NCBI RefSeq assembly: GCF_009914755.1
Contig: NC_060948.1
Source of the DNA: the human T2T-CHM13v2.0 reference genome, Homo sapiens
Length of the DNA: 64,000 bases
Direction: 5' to 3' (one strand)
Below the pieces are notes generated by a model. That model made no database searches. It saw only the letters and a program-made list of their open reading frames with translations, and had not been told where the DNA came from. The translations under genes were made by a program, and so were the position numbers. Within the stretch, counting starts at the first letter, position 1. Each line of letters opens with the position of its first letter. Shown here piece after piece: positions 1 to 17,831 of this stretch.

Positions 1-599
1 TTACATAATATATATTACATATCACCCAATATAACTAACATACATAATATTATAATATAGATTATATTGTGTTATATTAAATATCATATATATCATGTAT
101 CATATATTCTATAATATATATTACACATTATATAATATGTATGTTGTCTATTATGTGATATATATAACAATATATATAATTATATTTTTATACATATAAC
201 TAGATAAACACGTAATTCTACAAATTTTCATTTATAATATGTAGAATTATATAATCATATATAATTATTTATATTCTTTAAAAAATTTTATCATTATATA
301 AATTATAATATATAAAAATTATAATATGTACTACAAATATATATATTATATATCATATATGATATAGTACCTTTGTTATATATCATAATACATATAAATG
401 TGTATTATGTTATCTATAATTATATAATTTCATATATAAGATGTATAATATGTATCATATATTATACATGTTATGTAATATATATAGTATATATAAGATG
501 ACACAGGATAAATATTATGTACTATGACATATAAAATATATCAGGTTATATGTTACATATAAGTCATAGCACATAACATGTAATATATATCATATATAA
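1..599. repeat. AT-rich degenerate simple-repeat block (partial, preceding Alu of unit 1)
   Basis: Almost entirely TA/TAA/ATAT motifs with sparse G/C; near-identical to 2421-3019. Confidence 0.9.
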
Positions 600-891
600 T
601 TTTTTTTTAGACAGAATCTTGTCCTGTTGCACAGGGTGGGGTACAATGGCGCCATCTTTGCTCACTGCAACTTTTGCCTCACGGGTCCAAGCGATTGTTC
701 TCCCTCAGCCTCCCAGGTAGCTGGGACTACACCACACTGGGACTACACCAGCTGCCACCATGCCTAGCTAATTTTTTGGATTTTTAGTAGTGACAGCGTT
801 TCACTGTATTGGCCAGGATGGTCTTGATCTCTTCACCTTGTGATCCCCTTGCCTTGGCCTCCAAATTTGCTGGGATTACAGGCCTGAGCCA
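600..891 (-). mobile_element. Diverged Alu (AluY/AluSc-like), unit 1; lacks ~12 nt at its 5' end and has a 16-bp internal duplication
   Basis: T9 tail, then reverse-complement Alu motifs: ctcactgcaac, ctcagcctccc..gtagctgggactaca, linker aattttttggatttttagtag, ggccaggatggtct, gtgatcc, gctgggattacaggcctgagcca. Confidence 0.95.
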
Positions 892-1470
892 AGATCCATA
901 TTTTTTAAATGAAAAAAAATTTCAAAGGTACTCTGCTTGGTACAATAATCAAATGTATAAACTGAGGAATAAAACATAACCATGAAACCTACTTATAACT
1001 GCATATGGAAAATACAGAGGATAATTTTTTAAATAACATATTTTGAAAGCCTTAACTAGTAATTTGAAGAGTTGGCATTTGAAAGGCCAGTATGAATATA
1101 CCTTCAAAGCAGCAACACAGGTTCCCCATGAGAAAAAGCAAACACAGGGAAAATAAAAACACAAAGGTTCAATCTCTTCTGACCTTTGAAAGACACAGCA
1201 CAGACAGTGGTCCTTAGGACGAAGAGCAGGAGACCCCTAATTCCGTCACCATGGCGATAGGGCATAAACATTGCTGGGTGAGGGCACAATCCACATTGTG
1301 AGGTCCAACTGCTGCCAGGAAGACAGGAGTGCTTTTACATAGACCGAAAGGTCATTGAAGGCTCAGAGTTTTGTTTCAAGAACTGAATCCCAAGCCCACA
1401 CGTTATTAGGCTGCGCTTCTTAAAACAAGTTATGAGATGGGAAAAAGGGCACCCACAGACATACGTATGC
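892..1470. repeat. HSATI segment of the DYZ2 monomer (unit 1; an equivalent ~580-bp segment follows every Alu listed, truncated in unit 27)
   Basis: Non-Alu, non-simple ~580-bp block directly after the Alu 5' end. Assigned from the known Alu-HSATI-AT composition of DYZ2, not from an alignment; boundaries approximate. Confidence 0.8.
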
Positions 1471-3311
<1,841 letters not shown>

Positions 3312-5416
3312 AGATCCATATTTTTTAAATGAAAAAAAATTTCAAAGGTACTCTGCTTGGTACAATAATCAAATGTATAAACTGAGGAATAAAACATAAC
3401 CATGAAACCTACTTATAACTGCATATGGAAAATACAGAGGATAATTTTTTAAATAACATATTTTGAAAGCCTTAACTAGTAATTTGAAGAGTTGGCATTT
3501 GAAAGGCCAGTATGAATATACCTTCAAAGCAGCAACACAGGTTCCCCATGAGAAAAAGCAAACACAGGGAAAATAAAAACACAAAGGTTCAATCTCTTCT
3601 GACCTTTGAAAGACACAGCACAGACAGTGGTCCTTAGGACGAAGAGCAGGAGACCCCTAATTCCGTCACCATGGCGATAGGGCATAAACATTGCTGGGTG
3701 AGGGCACAATCCACATTGTGAGGTCCAACTGCTGCCAGGAAGACAGGAGTGCTTTTACATAGACCGAAAGGTCATTGAAGGCTCAGAGTTTTGTTTCAAG
3801 AACTGAATCCCAAGCCCACACGTTATTAGGCTGCGCTTCTTAAAACAAGTTATGAGATGGGAAAAAGGGCACCCACAGACATACGTATGCATTATGTATA
3901 TAATAATATACAGTGTCATATATATAATATATATAACCTATGTATAACATTGTTTTACATCCTGCATCTTATGTTATATATATTGTATAAAATATAATAA
4001 TTGATAATATATAAGTTTTATAATTATACAATATGACATATAGTATATATTATAATTTATGACATATATAATATATGTTATATGTCATATATAGAATATA
4101 TTATACGGTTAATATACGTATTAAATATAAATTATACATTATATATATTATATATAATATATCTGTTATATATAATAACCATTATGCATAATATATATAT
4201 TATGTCTATGTTATATATAGTATAAAACAACATATAATAATATATAATTGTATATATAAAATGCGACATATAATATATATTATATTTTATAACATATGTA
4301 ATATATATTTTATATTATATATAATACGTTGTACGTATAATACCTATATTAAATATATATTATATGACTATGTTATTAATTACATGTCACATGTGTTATA
4401 TATTATATATTTTACATAGAATATACCGGTTGCATACAATATATACTATGTTACCTATAATGTATAATTTATTACATGTAAAATAAAGAATGCAATATAT
4501 TACGTATAATTTATAATATACCGTATGTGGAATGTGATATATATAACATATAATATATGATATATGATATACAGTATATGATATATAACATACGATATAT
4601 GATTCCTAATATATATGGTATACAATATATATTTCATGATATGTATTCTATGTGTTTTATATTCTGTTATATATAACTATTTGAAATTATATATAACTGT
4701 ATAATATTTTATGTAAATATGTAATATAATATATATAACTATATAATATATTATATATAACTATATATTATGTTATATATACTTTTATAACATAATTTAC
4801 ATAAAATATCATAATATAATATATATTATATTATTTCATATTACATAATATATATTACATATCACCCAATATAACTAACATACATAATATTATAATATAG
4901 ATTATATTGTGTTATATTAAATATCATATATATCATGTATCATATATTCTATAATATATATTACACATTATATAATATGTATGTTGTCTATTATGTGATA
5001 TATATAACTATATATATAATTATATTTTTATACATATAACTAGATAAACATGTAATTCTACATATTTTCATTTATAATATGTAGAATTATATAATCATAT
5101 ATAATTATTTATATTCTATAAAAAATTTTATCATTATATAAATTATAATATATAAAAATTATAATATGTACTACAAATATATATATTATATATCATATAT
5201 GATATAGTACCTTTGTTATATATCATATTACATATAAATGTGTATTATGTTATCTATAATTATATAATTTCATATATAAGATGTATAATATGTATCATAT
5301 ATTATATATGTTATGTAATATATATAGTATATATAAGATGACACAGGATAAATATTATATACTATGACATATAAAATATATCAGGTTATATGTTACATAT
5401 AAGGCATAGCACATAA

Positions 5417-5731
<315 letters not shown>

Positions 5732-7837
5732 AGATCCATATTTTTTAAATGAAAAAAAATTTCAAAGGTACTCTGCTTGGTACAATAATCAAATGTATAA
5801 ACTGAGGAATAAAACATAACCATGAAACCTACTTATAACTGCATATGGAAAATACAGAGGATAATTTTTTAAATAACATATTTTGAAAGCCTTAACTAGT
5901 AATTTGAAGAGCTGGCATTTGAAAGGCCAGTATGAATATACCTTCAAAGCAGCATCACAGGTTCCCCAATGAGAAAAAGCAAACACAGGGAAAATAAAAA
6001 CACAAAGGTTCAATCTCTTCTGACCTTTGAAAGACACAGCACAGACAGTGGTCCTTAGGACGAAGAGCAGGAGACCCCTAATTCCGTCACCATGGCGATA
6101 GGGCATAAACATTGCTGGGTGAGGGCACAATCCACATTGTGAGGTCCAACTGCTGCCAGGAAGACAGGAGTGCTTTTACATAGACCGAAAGGTCATTGAA
6201 GGCTCAGAGTTTTGTTTCAAGAACTGAATCCCAAGCCCACACGTTATTAGGCTGCGCTTCTTAAAACAAGTTATGAGATGGGAAAAAGGGCACCCACAAA
6301 CATACGTATACATTATGTATATAATAATATACAGTGTCATATATATAATATATATAACCTATGTATAATATTGTTTTACATCCTGCATCTTATGTTATAT
6401 ATATTGTATAAAATATAATAATTGATAATATATAAGTTTTATAATTATACAATATGACATATAGTATATATTATAATTTATGACATATATAATATATGTT
6501 ATATGTCATATATAGAATATATTATACGGTTAATATACGTATTAAATATAAATTATACATTATATATATTATATATAATATATCTGTTATATATAATACC
6601 CATTATGCATAATATATATATTATGTCTATGTTATATATAGTATAAAACAACATATAATAATATATAATTGTATATATAAAATGCGACATATAATATATA
6701 TTATATTTTATAACATATGTAATATATATTATATATTATATATAATACGTTGTATGTATAATACCTATATTAAATATATATTATATGACTATGTTATTAA
6801 TTACACGTCACATGTGTTATATATTATATATTTTACATAGAATATACCGGTTACATACAATATATACTATGTTACCTATAATGTATAATTTATTACATGT
6901 AAAATAAAGAATGCAATATATTATGCAAAATTTATAATATACCATATGTGAAATGTGATATATATAACATATAATATATGATATAAGATATACAGTGTAT
7001 GATATATAACATACAATATATGATTCCTAATATATATGGTATACAATATATATTTTATGATATGTATTCTATATGTTTTATATTCTGTTATATATAACTA
7101 TTTGAAATTATATATAACTGTATAATATTTTATGTAAATATGTAATATAATATATATAACTATATAATATATTTTATATAACTATATATTATGTTATATA
7201 TACTTTTATAACATAATTTACATAAAATATCATAATATAATATATATTATATTATTTCATATTACATAATATATATTACATATCACCCAATATAACTAAC
7301 ATACATAATATTATAATATAGATTATATTATGTTATATTAAATATCATATATATCATGTATCATATATTCTATAATATATATTACACATTATATAATATG
7401 TATGTTGTCTATTATGTGATATATATAACAATATATATAATTATATTTTTATACATATAACTAGATAAACACGTAATTCTACAAATTTTCATTTATAATA
7501 TGTAGAATTATATAATCATATATAATTATTTATATTCTTTAAAAAATTTTATCATTATATAAATTATAATATATAAAAATTATAATATGTACTACAAATA
7601 TATATATTATATATCATATATGATATAGTACCTTTGTTATATATCATAATACATATAAATGTGTATTATGTTATCTATAATTATATAATTTCATATATAA
7701 GATGTATAATATGTATCATATATTATACATGTTATGTAATATATATAGTATATATAAGATGACACAGGATAAATATTATGTACTATGACATATAAAATAT
7801 ATCAGGTTATATGTTACATATAAGTCATAGCACATAA

Positions 7838-8152
<315 letters not shown>

Positions 8153-10257
8153 AGATCCATATTTTTTAAATGAAAAAAAATTTCAAAGGTACTCTGCTTG
8201 GTACAATAATCAAATGTATAAACTGAGGAATAAAACATAACCATGAAACCTACTTATAACTGCATATGGAAAATACAGAGGATAATTTTTTAAATAACAT
8301 ATTTTGAAAGCCTTAACTAGTAATTTGAAGAGTTGGCATTTGAAAGGCCAGTATGAATATACCTTCAAAGCAGCAACACAGGTTCCCCATGAGAAAAAGC
8401 AAACACAGGGAAAATAAAAACACAAAGGTTCAATCTCTTCTGACCTTTGAAAGACACAGCACAGACAGTGGTCCTTAGGACGAAGAGCAGGAGACCCCTA
8501 ATTCCGTCACCATGGCGATAGGGCATAAACATTGCTGGGTGAGGGCACAATCCACATTGTGAGGTCCAACTGCTGCCAGGAAGACAGGAGTGCTTTTACA
8601 TAGACCGAAAGGTCATTGAAGGCTCAGAGTTTTGTTTCAAGAACTGAATCCCAAGCCCACACGTTATTAGGCTGCGCTTCTTAAAACAAGTTATGAGATG
8701 GGAAAAAGGGCACCCACAGACATACGTATACATTATGTATATAATAATATACAGTGTCATATATATAATATATATAACCTATGTATAACATTGTTTTACA
8801 TCCTGCATCTTATGTTATATATATTGTATAAAATATAATAATTGATAATATATAAGTTTTATAATTATACAATATGACATATAGTATATATTATAATTTA
8901 TGACATATATAATATATGTTATATGTCATATATAGAATATATTATACGGTTAATATACGTATTAAATATAAATTATACATTATATATATTATATATAATA
9001 TATCTGTTATATATAATAACCATTATGCATAATATATATATTATGTCTATGTTATATATAGTATAAAACAACATATAATAATATATAATTGTATATATAA
9101 AATGCGACATATAATATATATTATATTTTATAACATATGTAATATATACTTTATATTATATATAATACGTTGTATGTATAATACCTATATTAAATATATA
9201 TTATATGACTATGTTATTAATTACATGTTACATGTGTTATATATTATATATTTTACATAGAATATACCGGTTGCATACAATATATACTATGTTACCTATA
9301 ATGTATAATTTATTACATGTAAAATAAAGAATGCAATATATTATGTATAATTTATAATATACCGTATGTGGAATGTGATATATATAACATATAATATATG
9401 ATATATGATATACAGTATATGATATATAACATACGATATATGATTCGTAATATATATGGTATACAATATATATTTTATGATATGTATTCTATGTGTTTTA
9501 TATTCTGTTATATATAACTATTTGAAATTATATATAACTGTATAATATTTTATGTAAATATGTAATATAATATATATAACTATATAATATATTATATATA
9601 ACTATATATTATGTTATATATACTTTTATAACATAATTTACATAAAATATCATAATATAATATATATTATATTATTTCATATTACATAATATATATTACA
9701 TATCACCCAATATAACTAACATACATAATATTATAATATAGATTATATTGTGTTATATTAAATATCATATATATCATGTATCATATATTCTATAATATAT
9801 ATTACACATTATATAATATGTATGTTGTCTATTATGTGATATATATAACTATATATATAATTATATTTTTATACATATAACTAGATAAACATGTAATTCT
9901 ACATATTTTCATTTATAATATGTAGAATTATATAATCATATATAATTATTTATATTCTATAAAAAATTTTATCATTATATAAATTATAATATATAAAAAT
10001 TATAATATGTACTACAAATATATATATTATATATCATATATGATATAGTACCTTTGTTATATATCATAATACATATAAATGTGTATTATGTTATCTATAA
10101 TTATATAATTTCATATATAAGATGTATAATATGTATCATATATTATATATGTTATGTAATATATATAGTATATATAAGATGACACAGGATAAATATTATA
10201 TACTATGACATATAAAATATATCAGGTTATATGTTACATATAAGGCATAGCACATAA

Positions 10258-10572
<315 letters not shown>

Positions 10573-12700
10573 AGATCCATATTTTTTAAATGAAAAAAAA
10601 TTTCAAAGGTACTCTGCTTGGTACAATAATCAAATGTATAAACTGAGGAATAAAACATAACCATGAAACCTACTTATAACTGCATATGGAAAATACAGAG
10701 GATAATTTTTTAAATAACATATTTTGAAAGCCTTAACTAGTAATTTGAAGAGCTGGCATTTGAAAGGCCAGTATGAATATACCTTCAAAGCAGCAACACA
10801 GGTTCCCCATGAGAAAAAGCAAACACAGGGAAAATAAAAACACAAAGGTTCAATCTCTTCTGACCTTTGAAAGACACAGCACAGACAGTGGTCCTTAGGA
10901 CGAAGAGCAGGAGACCCCTAATTCCGTCACCATGGCGATAGGGCATAAACATTGCTGGGTGAGGGCACAATCCACATTGTGAGGTCCAACTGCTGCCAGG
11001 AAGACAGGAGTGCTTTTACATAGACCGAAAGGTCATTGAAGGCTCAGAGTTTTGTTTCAAGAACTGAATCCCAAGCCCACACGTTATTAGGCTGCGCTTC
11101 TTAAAACAAGTTATGAGATGGGAAAAAGGGCACCCACAAACATACGTATACATTATGTATATAATAATATACAGTATCATATATATAATATATATAACCT
11201 ATGTATAATATTGTTTTACATCCTGCATCTTATGTTATATATATTGTATAAAATATAATAATTGATAATATATAAGTTTTATAATTATACAATATGACAT
11301 ATAGTATATATTATAATTTATGACATATATAATATATGTTATATGTCATATATAGAATATATTATACGGTTAATATACGTATTAAATATAAATTATACAT
11401 TATATATATTATATATAATATATCTGTTATATATAATACCCATTATGCATAATATATATATTATGTCTATGTTATATATAGTATAAAACAACATATAATA
11501 ATATATAATTGTATATATAAAATGCGACATAGAATATATATTATATTTTATAACATATGTAATATATATTATATATTATATATAATACGTTGTATGTATA
11601 ATACCTATATTAAATATATATTATATGACTATGTTATTAATTACATGTCACATGTGTTATACATTATATATATTACATAGAATATACCGGTTACATACAA
11701 TATATACTATGTTACCTATAATGTATAATTTATTACATGTAAAATAAAGAATGCAATATATTATGTATAATTTATAATATACCATATGTGGAATGTGATA
11801 TATATAACATATAATATATGATATATGATATACAGTATATGATATATAACATACAATATATGATTCCTAACATATATGGTATAGAATATATATTTTATGA
11901 TATGTATTCTATATGTTTTATCTTCTGTTATATATAACTATTTGAAATTATATATAACTGTATAATATTTTATGTAAATATGTAATATAATATATATAAC
12001 TATATAATATATTATATATAACTATATATTATGTTATATATACTTTTATAACATAATTTACATAAAATATCATAATATAATATATATTATATTATTTCAT
12101 ATTACATAATATATATTACATATCACCCAATATAACTAACATACATAATATTATAATATAGATTATATTGTGTTATATTAAATATCATATATATCATGTA
12201 TCATATATTCTATAATATATATTACACATTATATAATATGTATGTTGTCTATTATGTGATATATATAACTATATATATAATTATATTTTTATACATATAA
12301 CTAGATAAACATGTAATTCTACATATTTTCATTTATAATATATATAATTATATAATCATATATAATTATTTATATTCTATAAAAAATTTTATCATTATAT
12401 AAATTTTAATATATAAAAATTATAATATGTACTACAAATATATATATTATATATCATATATGATATAGTACTATTGTTATATTTCATAATACATATAAAT
12501 GTGTATTATGTTATCTATAATTATATAATTTCATATATAAGATGTATAATATGTATCATAAATTATATATGTTATGTAATATATATAGTATATATAAGAT
12601 GACACAGGATAAATATTATATACTATGACATATAAAATATATGAGGTTATATGTTACATATAAGGCATAGCACATAACATGTAATATATATCATATATAA

Positions 12701-12992
12701 TTTTTTTTTAGACAGAATCTTGTCCTGTTGCACAGTGTGGGGTACAATGGCGCCATCTTTGCTGACTGCAAATTCTGCCTCACGGGTCCAAGCGATTGTC
12801 CTCCCTCAGCCTCCCAGGTAGCTGGGACTAAACCACACTGGGACTACACCAGCTGCCACCATGCCTAGCTAATTTTTTGGATTTTTAGTAGTGACAGCGT
12901 TTCACTGTATTGGCCAGGATGGTCTTGATCTCTTCACCTTGTGATCCCCTTGCCTTGGCCTCCAAATTTGCTGGGATTACAGGCCTGAGCCA
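12701..12992 (-). mobile_element. Alu of unit 6
   Basis: Copy with variants cagtgt, gctgactgcaaatt and ggactaaacc shared with unit 25. Confidence 0.93.
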
Positions 12993-15096
12993 AGATCCAT
13001 ATTTTTTAAATGAAAAAAAATTTCAAAGGTACTCTGCTTGGTACAATAATCAAATGTATAAACTGAGGAATAAAACATAACCATGAAACCTACTTATAAC
13101 TGCATATGGAAAATACAGAGGATAATTTTTTAAATAACATATTTTGAAAGCCTTAACTAGTAATTTGAAGAGTTGGCATTTGAAAGGCCAGTATGAATAT
13201 ACCTTCAAAGCAGCAACAGAGGTTCCCCATGAGAAAAAGCAAACACAGGGAAAATAAAAACACAAAGGTTCAATCTCTTCTGACCTTTGAAAGACACAGC
13301 ACAGACAGTGGTCCTTAGGACGAAGAGCAGGAGACCCCTAATTCCGTCACCATGGCGATAGGGCATAAACATTGCTGGGTGAGGGCACAATCCACATTGT
13401 GAGGTCCAACTGCTGCCAGGAAGACAGGAGTGCTTTTACATAGACCGAAAGGTCATTGAAGGCTCAGAGTTTTGTTTCAAGAACTGAATCCCAAGCCCAC
13501 ACGTTATTAGGCTGCGCTTCTTAAAACAAGTTATGAGATGGGAAAAAGGGCACCCACAAACATACGTATACATTATGTATATAATAATATACAGTATCAT
13601 ATATATACTATATATAACCTATGTATAATATTGTTTTACATCCTGCATCTTGTTATATATATTGTATAAAATATAATAATTGATAATATATAAGTTTTAT
13701 AATTATACAATATGACATATAGTATATATTATAATTTATGACATATATAATATATGTTATATGTCATATATAGAATATATTAAACGGTTAATATACGTAT
13801 TAAATATAAATTATACATTATATATATTATATATAATATATCTGTTATATATAATACCCATTATGCATAATATATATATTATGTCTATGTTATATATAGT
13901 ATAAAACAACATATAATAATATATAATTGTATATATAAAATGCGACATATAATATATATTATATTTTATAACATATGTAATATATATTATATATTATATA
14001 TAATACGTTGTATGTATAATACCTATATTAAATATATATTATATGACTATGTTATTAATTACATGTCACATGTGTTATATATTATATATTTTACATAGAA
14101 TATACCGGTTACATACAATATATACTATGTTACCTATAATGTATAATTTATTACATGTAAAATAAAGAATGCAATATATTATGTATAATTTATAATACAC
14201 CATATGTGGAATGTGATATATATAACATATAATCTATGATATATGATATACAGTATATGATATATAACATACAATATATGATTCCTAATATATATGGTAT
14301 ACAATATATATTTTATGATATGTATTCTATATGTTTTATATTCTGTTATATATAACTATTTGAAATTATATATAACTGTATAATATTTTATGTAAATATG
14401 TAATATAATATATATAACTATATAATATATTATATATAACTATATATTATGTTATATATATTTTTTATAACATAATTTACATAAAATATCATAATATAAT
14501 ATATATTATATTATTTCATATTACATAATATATATTACATATCACCCAATATAACTAACAAACATAATATTATAATATAGATTATATTGTGTTATATTCA
14601 ATATCATATATATCATGTATCATATATTCTATAATATATATTACACATTATATAATATGTATGTTGTCTATTATGTGATATATATAACTATATATATAAT
14701 TATATTTTTATACATATAACTAGATAAACATGTAATTCTACATATTTTCATTTATAATATGTAGAATTATATAATCATATATAATTATTTATATTCTATA
14801 AAAAATTTTATCATTATATAAATTATAATATATAAAAATTATAATATGTACTACAAATATATATATTATATATCATATATGATATAGTACCTTTGTTATA
14901 TTTCATAATACATATAAATGTGTATTATGTTATCTATAATTATATAATTTCATATATAAGATGTATAATATGTATCATATATTATATATGTTATGTAATA
15001 TATATAGTATATATAAGATGACACAGGATAAATATTATATACTATGACATATAAAATATATCAGGTTATATGTTACATATAAGGCATAGCACATAA

Positions 15097-15411
<315 letters not shown>

Positions 15412-17516
15412 AGATCCATATTTTTTAAATGAAAAAAAATTTCAAAGGTACTCTGCTTGGTACAATAATCAAATGTATAAACTGAGGAATAAAACATAAC
15501 CATGAAACCTACTTATAACTGCATATGGAAAATACAGAGGATAATTTTTTAAATAACATATTTTGAAAGCCTTAACTAGTAATTTGAAGAGTTGGCATTT
15601 GAAAGGCCAGTATGAATATACCTTCAAAGCAGCAACACAGGTTCCCCATGAGAAAAAGCAAACACAGGGAAAATAAAAACACAAAGGTTCAATCTCTTCT
15701 GACCTTTGAAAGACACAGCACAGACAGTGGTCCTTAGGACGAAGAGCAGGAGACCCCTAATTCCGTCACCATGGCGATAGGGCATAAACATTGCTGGGTG
15801 AGGGCACAATCCACATTGTGAGGTCCAACTGCTGCCAGGAAGACAGGAGTGCTTTTACATAGACCGAAAGGTCATTGAAGGCTCAGAGTTTTGTTTCAAG
15901 AACTGAATCCCAAGCCCACACGTTATTAGGCTGCGCTTCTTAAAACAAGTTATGAGATGGGAAAAAGGGCACCCACAAACATACGTATACATTATGTATA
16001 TAATAATATACAGTATCATATATATAATATATATAACCTATGTATAATATTGTTTTACATCCTGCATCTTATGTTATATATATTGTATAAAATATAATAA
16101 TTGATAATATATAAGTTTTATAATTATACAATATGACATATAGTATATATTATAATTTATGACATATATAATATATGTTATATGTCATATATAGAATATA
16201 TTATACGGTTAATATACGTATTAAATATAAATTATACATTATATATATTATATATAATATATCTGTTATATATAATACCCATTATGCATAATATATATAT
16301 TATGCCTATGTTATATATAGTATAAAACAACATATAATAATATATAATTGTATATATAAAATGCGACATATAATATATATTATATTTTATATCATATGTA
16401 ATATATATTATATATTATATATAATACGTTGTATGTATAATACCTATATTAAATATATATTATGTGACTATGTTATTAATTACATGTCACATGTGTTATA
16501 TATTATATATTTTACATAGAATATACCGGTTACATACAATATATACTATGTTACCTATAATGTATAATTTATTACATGTAAAATAAAGAATGCAATATAT
16601 TATGTATATTTTATAATATACCATATGTGGAATGTGATATATATAACATATAATATATGATATATGATATACAGTATATGATATATAACATACAATAGAT
16701 GATTCCTAATATATATGGTATACAATATATATTTTATGATATGAATTCTATATGTTTTATATTCTGTTATATATAACTATTTGAAATTATATATAACTGT
16801 ATAATATTTTATGTAAATATGTAATATAATATATATAACTATATAATATATTATATATAACTATATATTATGTTATATATACTTTTATAACATAATTTAC
16901 ATAAAATATCATAATATAATATATATTATATTATTTCATATTACATAATATATATTACATATCACCCAATATAACTAACAAACATAATATTATAATATAG
17001 ATTATATTGTGTTATATTAAATATCATATATATCATGTATCATATATTCTATAATATATATTACACATTATATAATATGTATGTTGTCTATTATGTGATA
17101 TATATAACTATATATATAATTATATTTTTATACATATAACTAGATAAACATGTAATTCTACATATTATCATTTATAATATGTAGAATTATATAATCATAT
17201 ATAATTATTTATATTCTATAAAAAATTATATCATTATATAAATTATAATATATAAAAATTATAATATGTACTACAAATATATATATTATATATCATATAT
17301 GATATAGTACCTTTGTTATATATCATAATACATATAAATGTGTATTATGTTATCTATAATTATATAATTTCATATATAAGATGTATAATATGTATCATAT
17401 ATTATATATGTTATGTAATATATATAGTATATATAAGATGACACAGGATAAATATTATATACTATGACATATAAAATATATGAGGTTATATGTTACATAT
17501 AAGGCATAGCACATAA

Positions 17517-17831
<315 letters not shown>

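Noticed and set aside
600-891. Active Alu / 7SL-like Pol III ncRNA gene
   Set aside because: The 5' end including part of the A-box region is missing, the element is heavily diverged and the tail is only 9 nt; no evidence of activity from sequence.
949-1289. Recurring 71-aa and 61-aa minus-strand ORFs (and 80-aa variants) as a multicopy gene
   Set aside because: Short overlapping frames with no recognisable domain. The F/L/C/Y-rich composition reflects a T-rich strand, and the variants change amino acids or remove stops freely. Conservation is simply repeat identity.
1325-1390. Splice-acceptor-like motifs (ttttacatag, ttttgtttcaag) and AATAAA hexamers in HSATI
   Set aside because: Expected by chance at this composition; no coherent exon or ORF structure and no transcript evidence available.
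5789-6130. 113-aa fused ORF in unit 3 as an intact ancestral gene or programmed frameshift
   Set aside because: It is caused by a private 1-bp insertion (gttccccaat, ~5,968) in one of the 26 complete copies; mutation or sequencing error is more parsimonious.
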